Position numbers and translations under genes: made by a program. DNA of 22,992 nucleotides from a virus (Duplodnaviria; Heunggongvirae; Uroviricota; Caudoviricetes), in IMG/VR virus record IMGVR_UViG_3300032038_000047, positions 1 through 22,992 of that record. One strand, 5' to 3'. Numbering within the stretch: the first letter of the stretch is position 1; each line of letters begins with the position of its first letter. This document shows, piece after piece, positions 15,530-22,992 of the stretch. Below the pieces are notes generated by a model, which did no database searches, had not been told where the DNA came from, and saw only the letters and a list, made by a program, of their open reading frames with translations.

Positions 15530-15634
15530 GAGTCCGAGAGCAGCGTTGGAATGCTGAATACTAATACGTTCCATTGTATTCTCTGCGCGCACCAACGGCG
15601 GACTGGCGCTGCTCTTTGATGAAGGAGGATCTCT

Positions 15635-15970
15635 ATGGCGAAATACTATGGGACAATCGGCTTTGAATCCCAGGACGAAATCCGCCCTGGCGTATGGGGG
15701 CCGGTTGTTACGGAGCGACGGTATTTTGGGGATATACTCAAGAATACACGCCGCTGGCAAAACGGCCAAAGTATCAACGATGATCTGAACGTGAGCAACA
15801 CCTTCAGCATTGTCGCTGATCCATACGCCATGGATCACTTCCATACCATGAAGTACATCGAGTGGATGGGAACCAAATGGAAAATCACTGACGTCGATGT
15901 ACAGTACCCTCGGCTGAATCTGTCTGTGGGAGGTGTCTACAATGCCAATCCAACTGGACCGCAGGCTTGA
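15635..15970 (+). CDS. Head-closure / head-tail adaptor protein
   Basis: AAGGAGG RBS; beta-rich 111 aa (YIEWMGTKWKITDVDV..PRL) after the capsid gene. Confidence 0.7.
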   Translation: MAKYYGTIGFESQDEIRPGVWGPVVTERRYFGDILKNTRRWQNGQSINDDLNVSNTFSIVADPYAMDHFHTMKYIEWMGTKWKITDVDVQYPRLNLSVGGVYNANPTGPQA

Positions 15971-16265
15971 GCTTCATGAGGAGCTCTGCGGCCTCCTCGG
16001 AACAAGGTACGCATATTTCCAGCCTCCTCCGACAGTTCAGCTGCATTACCCCTGTTTTGTGTACGACCGGTCAAACAGCAATGATCTCGCTGCAGACGAC
16101 AAGAGCCGGTACCTGCACAGACAGGGGTATTCCATTACCTACATCGCATTTGATCCGGATGATCCGATGGTTGATCAGGTGGTCGAGCACTTCCAGTATT
16201 GCCGCTGGAGCCGCCACTATACTGCGGATAATCTGCATCATGATGTATTCACACTCTATTATTAG
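15942..16265 (+). CDS. Tail terminator / neck protein
   Basis: GGAGGTG RBS, ATG 15942; YFQPP...YPCFVY...Y.ITYI..DPD pattern; directly upstream of the major tail gene. Confidence 0.7.
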   Translation: MPIQLDRRLELHEELCGLLGTRYAYFQPPPTVQLHYPCFVYDRSNSNDLAADDKSRYLHRQGYSITYIAFDPDDPMVDQVVEHFQYCRWSRHYTADNLHHDVFTLYY

Positions 16266-16277
16266 GAGGAAAAAGAA

Positions 16278-17078
16278 ATGGCAAAGCTTATGTGGGACAA
16301 GACCGGTGAACGTTTCTTTGAGACCGGTGTACACCACTGCGTTGTGTATCCCTTTACTTCTGCGAACAATGGTAAGGGATTTTTCTACAATGTAGACGAA
16401 ACCGCTGAAAGCAATAAAAAGTATTCCAACTATGGCCCCGGCGTTGCTTGGAATGGTATTTCTTCTATCAGCGAGTCTGCTGACGGCGGTGACTCCAACC
16501 CCATCTATGCCGACGACATCAAGTATATTGATCTGCGGTCTCTTGAGGATCTGAATCTCAGCCTGGAAGCTTATATGTATCCGGTTGAATTTGCCGTCCT
16601 CGATGGAAGCGCAGATCTCGGGAACGGCATCATGATTGGTCAGCAGCGCCGCCAGATGTTCGGTCTGAGCTACGAAACTCGTGTAGGCAACGACGTTGAC
16701 TACGAGGACTATTCCAGAAAGATTCATCTGGTTTACGGCTGTATGGCCGCTCCCACCGAGAAGGGTTACGAAACCATCAATGATTCTCCTGAGGCGATCA
16801 CTTTCTCCTGGGACATCAGCACCACGCCTATCGCGGTTGAAATTGCCGGCAAGAGCTATAAGCCCACCTCGATTCTGACCATTGAGGTTAATGAGAAGCT
16901 GCTTGATCCGACAAATGATGCTGAAGGGGCAGCTGCGTATCGGGCGGCGTATAAGAAACTGACGGACGCTCTTTATGGCGTGGATGCAGACTCTACTGCT
17001 ACTCCGCCCATTGCTCAGTCGCAACCTTATCTGCCTACCCCGAAGGAAGTCTATGCTTTTTTCAACCCGGGGTCGTAA
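16278..17078 (+). CDS. Major tail protein
   Basis: AGGAGG RBS; WDKTGERFFETGV...GVAWNGI..ISES...YADDIKY siphovirus tail-tube pattern. Confidence 0.9.
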   Translation: MAKLMWDKTGERFFETGVHHCVVYPFTSANNGKGFFYNVDETAESNKKYSNYGPGVAWNGISSISESADGGDSNPIYADDIKYIDLRSLEDLNLSLEAYMYPVEFAVLDGSADLGNGIMIGQQRRQMFGLSYETRVGNDVDYEDYSRKIHLVYGCMAAPTEKGYETINDSPEAITFSWDISTTPIAVEIAGKSYKPTSILTIEVNEKLLDPTNDAEGAAAYRAAYKKLTDALYGVDADSTATPPIAQSQPYLPTPKEVYAFFNPGS

Positions 17079-17203
17079 CTTCACAGGCTGAAGAGAACGA
17101 CCCTGACTCCGTCGGAGAGCCTGATAACGAACCGGACAATGGTCCCGATGATGATCCGCTGACTCCTGAAGAAGAGCCGGAGGATGACCCCGAGAATCCA
17201 TAA
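17057..17203 (+). other. Candidate -1 programmed frameshift site and 46-codon extension of the major tail protein
   Basis: T TTT TTC (17057-17063), 6-nt spacer, stem-loop 17070-17103; -1 frame open to TAA 17201-17203 with no start codon of its own. Confidence 0.75.
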
Positions 17204-17218
17204 GAAGAAAGGGTGAAC

Positions 17219-17279
17219 AACTGCACAGTGCTTTGCTGCTACTTGTTTGTACGGCGGGCACTGTGCAGTTTCAGGTTTT
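17219..17279 (+). terminator. Long hairpin / probable terminator after the major tail gene
   Basis: Perfect 13-bp inverted repeat AACTGCACAGTGC (17219-17231) / GCACTGTGCAGTT (17258-17270); U-tract is imperfect. Confidence 0.6.
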
Positions 17280-17308
17280 ACAGGTCACATTTTTTCTACA
17301 GTCAACAA

Positions 17309-17320
17309 AATTCAAAATGG
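17309..17320 (+). repeat. AATTCAAAATGG motif, copy 6
   Basis: Exact match upstream of the chaperone RBS. Confidence 0.85.
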
Positions 17321-17341
17321 CATCTGAAAGGAGATCCAACC

Positions 17342-17743
17342 ATGATCAAGAAAACTATTACTTACACCGATTATAACGGTACCGAGCGCACTGAGGACTT
17401 TTACTTCCATCTTACCGAAGCGGAGATTATGGAAATGTCCCTCGGCGTGGACGGCGGCTTGGAACAGATGATTCGCAGGATCATTGCCGCCCAGGATGTT
17501 CCCCAGCTCGTGGCGACATTCAAGGATATTCTTCTCCGTTCCTATGGCGAGAAGTCTCCGGATGGCAAGCGGTTTATCAAGACTCCCGAGGTTCGGGAAG
17601 CCTTCACTCAGACAGAGGCATATTCCAAGCTGTTCATGGAGCTGGCTACCAACGCTGACTCTGCCACCGCGTTTATGAACGGCGTGATCCCGGCCGATCT
17701 TAAGAAGCAGCTTCCTCAGGGCAGTCCGGCACCGGTAAAATAA
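17342..17743 (+). CDS. Tail assembly chaperone
   Basis: AAAGGAG RBS, ATG 17342; 133 aa between major tail and tape measure genes. Confidence 0.75.
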   Translation: MIKKTITYTDYNGTERTEDFYFHLTEAEIMEMSLGVDGGLEQMIRRIIAAQDVPQLVATFKDILLRSYGEKSPDGKRFIKTPEVREAFTQTEAYSKLFMELATNADSATAFMNGVIPADLKKQLPQGSPAPVK

Positions 17744-17761
17744 AAGAAAGGGGACAAGAGC

Positions 17762-18304
17762 GTGCTCAAACTTTATATTTCGCCGAAAGAAGAGTTTGAT
17801 CCTGTCACGAGTACGTTTGTGTCGGTGAAGGGTCAAACACTTACTCTGGAGCACTCTTTGGTCTCCTTGTCCAAGTGGGAATCAAAATATTGCAAGCCTT
17901 TTCTGAGTCGAGATAATAAAACGCGGGAACAACTGATTGACTATGTGGAATGCATGACCTTAACCCAGAACGTCGATCGAGAGGTCCTCGAACATATCAG
18001 TGACAAAGAGTTCAAGCAGATCGTCGATTATATTGAAGCGCCGATGACAGCAACGACGTTCTCGGAAACGCAGAAAAAACCAAGTCGTGAAATCATCACA
18101 GCAGAGATTCTATACTATGATATGATCGCACTGAACATCCCGATGGAATGTCAGAAGTGGCATCTCAATCGACTTATCACGTTGATCCGGGTTTGCAGTA
18201 TTAAGAATTCCCCAAAGAAGAAAAAAATGAGCAAAAAGGCGCTCGCCAAACGGAATGCTTCTTTGAATGCAGCAAGGCGGGCGGCCACCGGCTCTTCTGG
18301 ATAG
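17762..18304 (+). CDS. Second tail assembly protein (pre-tape-measure)
   Basis: GTG start with GAAAGGGG RBS; LEHSLVSLSKWES...ITAEILYY.M...WHLNRL pattern typical of tail modules. Confidence 0.7.
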   Translation: MLKLYISPKEEFDPVTSTFVSVKGQTLTLEHSLVSLSKWESKYCKPFLSRDNKTREQLIDYVECMTLTQNVDREVLEHISDKEFKQIVDYIEAPMTATTFSETQKKPSREIITAEILYYDMIALNIPMECQKWHLNRLITLIRVCSIKNSPKKKKMSKKALAKRNASLNAARRAATGSSG

Positions 18305-18333
18305 TTGCGTTTTCTTTCTACCTATGGTATTAT
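18305..18333 (+). promoter_or_regulatory. Housekeeping sigma promoter with extended -10
   Basis: TTGCGT-17 nt-TATTAT with TG at 18325-18326. Confidence 0.75.
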
Positions 18334-18358
18334 CAGGGTGAAAGGAAGGTGGACGTAC

Positions 18359-18901
18359 ATGGCTGCCAGAAGTTTAATATGTCCAAGCTGTGGTGGGCAT
18401 ATAGAAGTTACACAGGATCTTATGCAGTATTTTTGTCCTTATTGTGGGGCAAATGTTACAGCTGATGACGGAATCCAGCGTGTTCTGATTCGTGACGAAG
18501 CAAAGCTGAAGGAATTGGAGCTTCAGGAAGAGGAACGCATTCGCCAAGAACAAGAGGAGCAGCGACAGGCAGAAATCCTCGCTGTGGCGAAAAAGCGGTG
18601 GAGAGTAGCATTGGTTCTATACTTAGGAGCCTGGCTACTATACTCACTTGCAGTGTACCTCTTCCCAAAGCTTGTAGATCTTTTATCCGGTGTTAATACT
18701 GCAATTGCCACTATATGGTTGTTTCTCGGTCCATTGTTTATTCAATTTGCCTACCCGTTTACAGATGCAAATGGGCACTATGTTAGACTTGGCAAAAATG
18801 AAAATATATCGAAAAAACGAGTGTTTCTCATGGCCGTGATTCTTTTCTTTGTGCAAGTACTGATTATTTCAGCCATAAGCGGCATTTTCTCCAATTCATA
18901 A
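18359..18901 (+). CDS. Zinc-ribbon, coiled-coil, multi-TM membrane protein (moron)
   Basis: GAAAGGAAGG RBS, ATG 18359; CPSCG...CPYCG; E/Q coiled coil; three hydrophobic segments. Confidence 0.85.
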   Translation: MAARSLICPSCGGHIEVTQDLMQYFCPYCGANVTADDGIQRVLIRDEAKLKELELQEEERIRQEQEEQRQAEILAVAKKRWRVALVLYLGAWLLYSLAVYLFPKLVDLLSGVNTAIATIWLFLGPLFIQFAYPFTDANGHYVRLGKNENISKKRVFLMAVILFFVQVLIISAISGIFSNS

Positions 18902-18911
18902 AAGTACTTAC

Positions 18912-18941
18912 AGAGCTCTCTTCGGAGGGCTCTTTTTTTTT
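18912..18941 (+). terminator. Intrinsic terminator
   Basis: AGAGCTCTC-TTCG-GAGGGCTCT then a long T-run. Confidence 0.9.
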
Positions 18942-18966
18942 ATGCTCGCAAGATGGAAAATTCTGT

Positions 18967-18978
18967 AATTCAAAATGG
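18967..18978 (+). repeat. AATTCAAAATGG motif, copy 7
   Basis: Exact match after the moron terminator, where the tail operon resumes. Confidence 0.85.
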
Positions 18979-18989
18979 GAGGTAATTGC

Positions 18990-19373
18990 TTGATCAGTTT
19001 CTCGCATAAGGGAGATTTCAGCAAAACTGAAAAGTTCCTCACAAAGGCGCAGACACACCAATTTGCCTCCATTCTCAGCAAGTATGGTGAAAAAGGAGTT
19101 GCCGCACTACAGGCAGCCACCCCGGTCGATACCGGAGAAACTGCTGCCTCCTGGGATTATGAAATCGAAGAAAGTGCTAATTCTGTGACTATTCATTGGG
19201 TCAATCATCATACAGCGCCAACAAACTCCAATGTGAATATCGCGCTGATCCTTCAGCTGGGCCATGGCACCCGCAATGGCGGCTACGTGGTCGGCAGGGA
19301 CTACATTAATCCGGCGATGCGACCGGTGTTTGACGAAATTGCCGACGAGGTTTGGAACGAGGTGAATAGTTAA
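18990..19373 (+). CDS. HK97 gp10-like tail/neck component
   Basis: TTG start 7 nt after GGAGG; ATPVDTGETAASW...IALILQLGHGT..GGYV.G..YI.PA pattern. Confidence 0.75.
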   Translation: MISFSHKGDFSKTEKFLTKAQTHQFASILSKYGEKGVAALQAATPVDTGETAASWDYEIEESANSVTIHWVNHHTAPTNSNVNIALILQLGHGTRNGGYVVGRDYINPAMRPVFDEIADEVWNEVNS

Positions 19374-22300
19374 TGCCGGATATTGACAATCGCATCGTAA
19401 AGATGCAATTTGACAACGGCCAGTTTGAAAGCGGTGTCAAAGAAAGTCTCAGTACGCTGGATAAGCTCAAAAATGCGCTGGATTTCAAGTCAAGCGTAAA
19501 GAGCATGCAAAACCTGTCAGATGCCGGCAAAGGGCTATCTAACAGTCTGAACTTTGACGGTGTTCTGAAAGGCCTGGAGCAAATCAATGATCGGTTCTCC
19601 ATCGTGGGAATGGTCGTCCAGAACCTGAAAACGCAGGCCGCTGATGCGCTTACCAGTATTACTACGGAACTTGCAAAGACAACGGCAGCGGTTACTCCAC
19701 TTGGGAATGCCCTCAGTGAGATCACAACCGGGTTTAATTATCTTGCTACCAGTGTCCAGTCCATGACGCCTGCAGCAAACATGATGGCTGGCTGGGAGAA
19801 ATATGCCGACAAAACCCAGTCCGTTCAGACGATTATGAACGCAACGGGTTTGTCCATTGATGAGGTCAGTTCGCAGCTTGACAAACTGATGTGGTATACC
19901 GATGAGACCAGTTACAATTTCAATGACATGGCCTCGAACATCGGTAAGTTCACATCTCAGGGTATTGATCTTGAGACGGCGTCTACAGCTATGATGGGTA
20001 TCGCCAACTGGGCGGGCCTGTCTGGTGCAAAAGTTGCAGAAGCCAGCCGCGCCATGTATAACATTTCGCAGGCAATGGGCATGGGATACATGTCGCAGAT
20101 GGACTGGAAGTCTATTGAGAACGCCAATATGGCTACTCAGGAATTCAAACAGACAGTCATTGACGCCGCGGTTGCAGAGGGCACGCTTCAAGAAGTTGCC
20201 GATGGGCTGTACGTTGATATGAAGGGCAACGAAGTCTCTGTCAATAATTTCAGGGAAAATCTGAAGGATGGCTGGTTTGACAAAGACGTTATGCTGCACA
20301 GTTTGCAGGACTATGGCGATTATGTCAATGAAGTATATAAAGTCGCAGAGGAATTCGGCGTTAGCTGCGCCGAAGCCATGGATATTGTCAATGATCTGAA
20401 CGGTGTCACGGGCACACTTGGAGAAAGGGCGTTTCGTGCAGCTCAGGAAGCCAAAACTTTTGGCGATACTGTAGAGGCTATTAAAGATGCCGTTTCTTCC
20501 GGATGGATGTCGATCTTTGAGAATATATTTGGTAATTATAACGAAGCAAAGGTTGTTTGGACCTGGTGGGCAAACGAGCTTTGGGATGTCTTTGCGGGAC
20601 CCCTTGACGAACTAAACCAAAAGCTGTCTGGATGGCATCGAGGGATCACTGACGTTTTTGGAGCCCTTGATGCACTTGGGATCAGTTATGAAGGACTGGA
20701 GTGGTGGGCGGACAAAGCATTTGATGGCGACGTACTCGAAACATTTCGGTATCTGCTCAGTGATGTGGATACCATGGTCAAATATGCAGGTGTCGACGCG
20801 AAAACCGCTCTGGAGATTCAAAATGAATACCTGGCGACGACTTCCGATGGCTTAACCGGTTATGAAGCTGGGATCGAGGCCGTCTGGTATGCATGGCGCG
20901 GTGTTGGCGAAATACTCGAAATCGTTGGTGACGCATGGCACGAAGCATTTCCCGAGTCAACAGTGCAGTCCATGGTGTCCTTCACTGAATCTCTGCGGGA
21001 TAGTATGAAGTCGCTATATGATGCGTTCAACGTCGGCGATTTTGAGTATGGCACAGGGTCCATCGAAGAACGAGCAGAAGCAATTGGATATACTGTTGAA
21101 CAGATAGAGTGGGCTGCAAAAAATTGGTTCCAGGGAGACTTGACTGGAGCCATAATGTGGGCGGAAGATCTTGATTATCTTGGTATTTCCATGTCCGATC
21201 TTGCCGCTGCTGCAGATAAATACTTTAATGGCGACATAAACGAAGCACGTTTTGCTGCTATCGCAAACATGACGGAAACCGGCAAAGTCATGGCCGACAC
21301 CATGGACGAATGCCAAGCTAATGTGGACAAATTTACGGCTGCATGGGATCGTTCTGAGAACCTAAGTGCAACGGTCAGCGGGCTTGCTAATGGACTTGGC
21401 ATCATTAAAGATTTTCTTGGCGCGATAAAAAACGTGGTTTTGGAGCCTATCTTTGGAAAAATCCCCAATTTGTTTGACAAGCTATTAGATAGAACAGCAA
21501 AACTTGGGATGCAACTTATCGGCCTTCGTCATCGGCTTCAGGAAAGCGGCTTCTTCGAGGAAAAGCTTCAGAAGATCGTGACATGGGTTACCGGTCTGGG
21601 TAAGCAGATAAACACAATTTGGAACAGCATTAAGAATCTGGACTCGGTTAAGCAGTTGTTGGAAAACCTCAAGCAGATCAAGAACTGGTTCAAGAGCATT
21701 GGCAAAGGTGCGCTTGATACTATTTCAAATTTTCTTGACGACCTGTCTGGCGGTGATCATGCCGAGGGTATCAACAATATTGTCGGCGCTGTGGACGCGC
21801 TGGTCAGCGGTCTGAACTGGCTGATTGATACGGTGCAATCTGGATACGGTGCGGTAAAGACCTTCTTTGAGTCGCTGGATTATTCTTCTATCGGAACGTT
21901 CTTCAGCAGTGTCGTTAGCTCCTTTGGCGGAGACGGCTCGGCGGCAGGCGGGATAATTTCTAACCTATCAAAAATCGGTGAGACGTTGCAGGGGTTCTTT
22001 AGCATAATTCTAGGAAACGGCGCGAATGCCTTTGACACCGGAAAGAGTCTGGTTGCTAATCTGTTTAACGGTATTGCAGCCGGATTTAATGATGGAACGC
22101 TGATCGCAAATCTGAAGACTGCTGCCGGTTATCTGCTTGGCATGGATATTCTTCTGAAGCTGATTCAGGGAACAAGCGCCGTAACAAAAATGATTACCGG
22201 GCTTGCCGATCTGCCGGAGAAGCTGGGCAAAGTACTTGACGGCACTCTCGGCGTTTTGGAAAGTTATCAGACAGAGCTTCGCACCGAGTCCATTAAAAAT

Positions 22301-22992
22301 ATAGCAATTGCAATGATCGCTCTTGCAGGTGCTGTTGCAATTATGAGCCTTATCCCGGCAGATAAGTTCGCTACGGTAATCGTTGGCTTGACCGCTGTGA
22401 TCGGCGTTATGATTCCTCTGGTGAATGCCATCACCAAATTGCAGGCCGCACGAGTAAGTAAAGTAACCGATATTTTCGGTGTTTTGAATAATTTCGCAAA
22501 TAAAATCGCTCCTATGCTTGGGATGGCAGCGGTCTTTGCAGCGGCCGGAGCCATGATTAAGATGATTGGCCAGGGCATTCTTGAGATTGCGATTGGCATT
22601 GCGCTCATTGCGTATGCTGTCAACAAGGATCCCGGAGCCGTTTCCAAAGCCGTTAGTACCCTACTGCCGTTCTTTGAGTGGATCGTCACCATCCTTACAG
22701 TTCTGGGCACTGTAGGAGCCATCATGACATTCATGGGCAAAGACGTGATGAGCTATGCAGCGCTCTTTGCCTCTTTTGGGGCAGCATTTGCCGGAATCGG
22801 AGCAGGGCTTCTGATGATTGCCGGCGGTATTGCCATCATGGCCAATTGTGACCCAACGCGCTTGGGGGATGCTTTCAATAAGCTGATGGGTTTCATGGTG
22901 ATGATCACCCTGATGGTCGCCTTGCTCATGGCTTTAGCGTTGGCTACCAAGGGCGACTATTCCAAATTAGCCGCTGCGGAAGGACTGCTCAA
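19373..22992 (+). CDS. Tape measure protein (3' partial)
   Basis: ATG overlaps the upstream stop; the same frame reads as sensible protein at start, middle and end (IDNRIVKMQFDN, AFRAAQEAKTF, C-terminal hydrophobic helices); not every codon checked. Confidence 0.92.
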   Translation, partial: MPDIDNRIVKMQFDNGQFESGVKESLSTLDKLKNALDFKSSVKSMQNLSDAGKGLSNSLNFDGVLKGLEQINDRFSIVGMVVQNLKTQAADALTSITTELAKTTAAVTPLGNALSEITTGFNYLATSVQSMTPAANMMAGWEKYADKTQSVQTIMNATGLSIDEVSSQLDKLMWYTDETSYNFNDMASNIGKFTSQGIDLETASTAMMGIANWAGLSGAKVAEASRAMYNISQAMGMGYMSQMDWKSIENANMATQEFKQTVIDAAVAEGTLQEVADGLYVDMKGNEVSVNNFRENLKDGWFDKDVMLHSLQDYGDYVNEVYKVAEEFGVSCAEAMDIVNDLNGVTGTLGERAFRAAQEAKTFGDTVEAIKDAVSSGWMSIFENIFGNYNEAKVVWTWWANELWDVFAGPLDELNQKLSGWHRGITDVFGALDALGISYEGLEWWADKAFDGDVLETFRYLLSDVDTMVKYAGVDAKTALEIQNEYLATTSDGLTGYEAGIEAVWYAWRGVGEILEIVGDAWHEAFPESTVQSMVSFTESLRDSMKSLYDAFNVGDFEYGTGSIEERAEAIGYTVEQIEWAAKNWFQGDLTGAIMWAEDLDYLGISMSDLAAAADKYFNGDINEARFAAIANMTETGKVMADTMDECQANVDKFTAAWDRSENLSATVSGLANGLGIIKDFLGAIKNVVLEPIFGKIPNLFDKLLDRTAKLGMQLIGLRHRLQESGFFEEKLQKIVTWVTGLGKQINTIWNSIKNLDSVKQLLENLKQIKNWFKSIGKGALDTISNFLDDLSGGDHAEGINNIVGAVDALVSGLNWLIDTVQSGYGAVKTFFESLDYSSIGTFFSSVVSSFGGDGSAAGGIISNLSKIGETLQGFFSIILGNGANAFDTGKSLVANLFNGIAAGFNDGTLIANLKTAAGYLLGMDILLKLIQGTSAVTKMITGLADLPEKLGKVLDGTLGVLESYQTELRTESIKNIAIAMIALAGAVAIMSLIPADKFATVIVGLTAVIGVMIPLVNAITKLQAARVSKVTDIFGVLNNFANKIAPMLGMAAVFAAAGAMIKMIGQGILEIAIGIALIAYAVNKDPGAVSKAVSTLLPFFEWIVTILTVLGTVGAIMTFMGKDVMSYAALFASFGAAFAGIGAGLLMIAGGIAIMANCDPTRLGDAFNKLMGFMVMITLMVALLMALALATKGDYSKLAAAEGLL

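Larger units (their letters stand above)
1..22992 (+). mobile_element. Siphovirus-type phage/prophage packaging-head-tail module
   Basis: Co-oriented TerL, portal, protease-capsid, neck, major tail, chaperone and tape measure genes in canonical order; no integrase or att site in the window. Confidence 0.97.

Noticed and set aside
15521-15844. 107-aa reverse ORF across the capsid-neck intergenic region
   Set aside because: Antisense to the head-closure gene with no supporting signals
17735-17764. Lambda G/GT-type frameshift between the two tail chaperone genes
   Set aside because: No XXXYYYZ heptamer at the junction; the second gene is in the same frame after a single TAA and has its own RBS. 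Readthrough is possible but unsupported
19535-22950. Several reverse-strand ORFs overlapping the tape measure gene
   Set aside because: Shadow ORFs with no RBS or motifs

Overview
This window is the packaging, head and tail module of a long-tailed dsDNA phage or prophage, probably from a Firmicutes host; the gene order recalls Lactococcus 1706-like gut phages (recollection, not searched). Core genes: putative small terminase, HNH nuclease, connector, TerL, portal, fused protease-scaffold-capsid, neck genes, major tail, chaperones and a tape measure protein that runs off the window. The main signal is eight genes around terL that share an exactly spaced 20-aa N-terminal leader (M-x4-E-x2-L-x-H-[HY]-G-x2-G-x-KWG) fused to unrelated C-termini. 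One C-terminus is a papain-fold toxin, and three of the genes are followed by small immunity-like genes. The leader's L-x-H motif recurs through the capsid scaffold linker, suggesting protease-processed, capsid-packaged polymorphic effectors analogous to T4 internal proteins and MuF toxins. Also seen: a five-copy promoter-like motif heading small gene cassettes (one empty), a seven-copy AATTCAAAATG motif mostly at gene junctions, a strong candidate -1 frameshift in the major tail gene, nested starts in the capsid gene and several morons. All family assignments are by eye; no database search was run.
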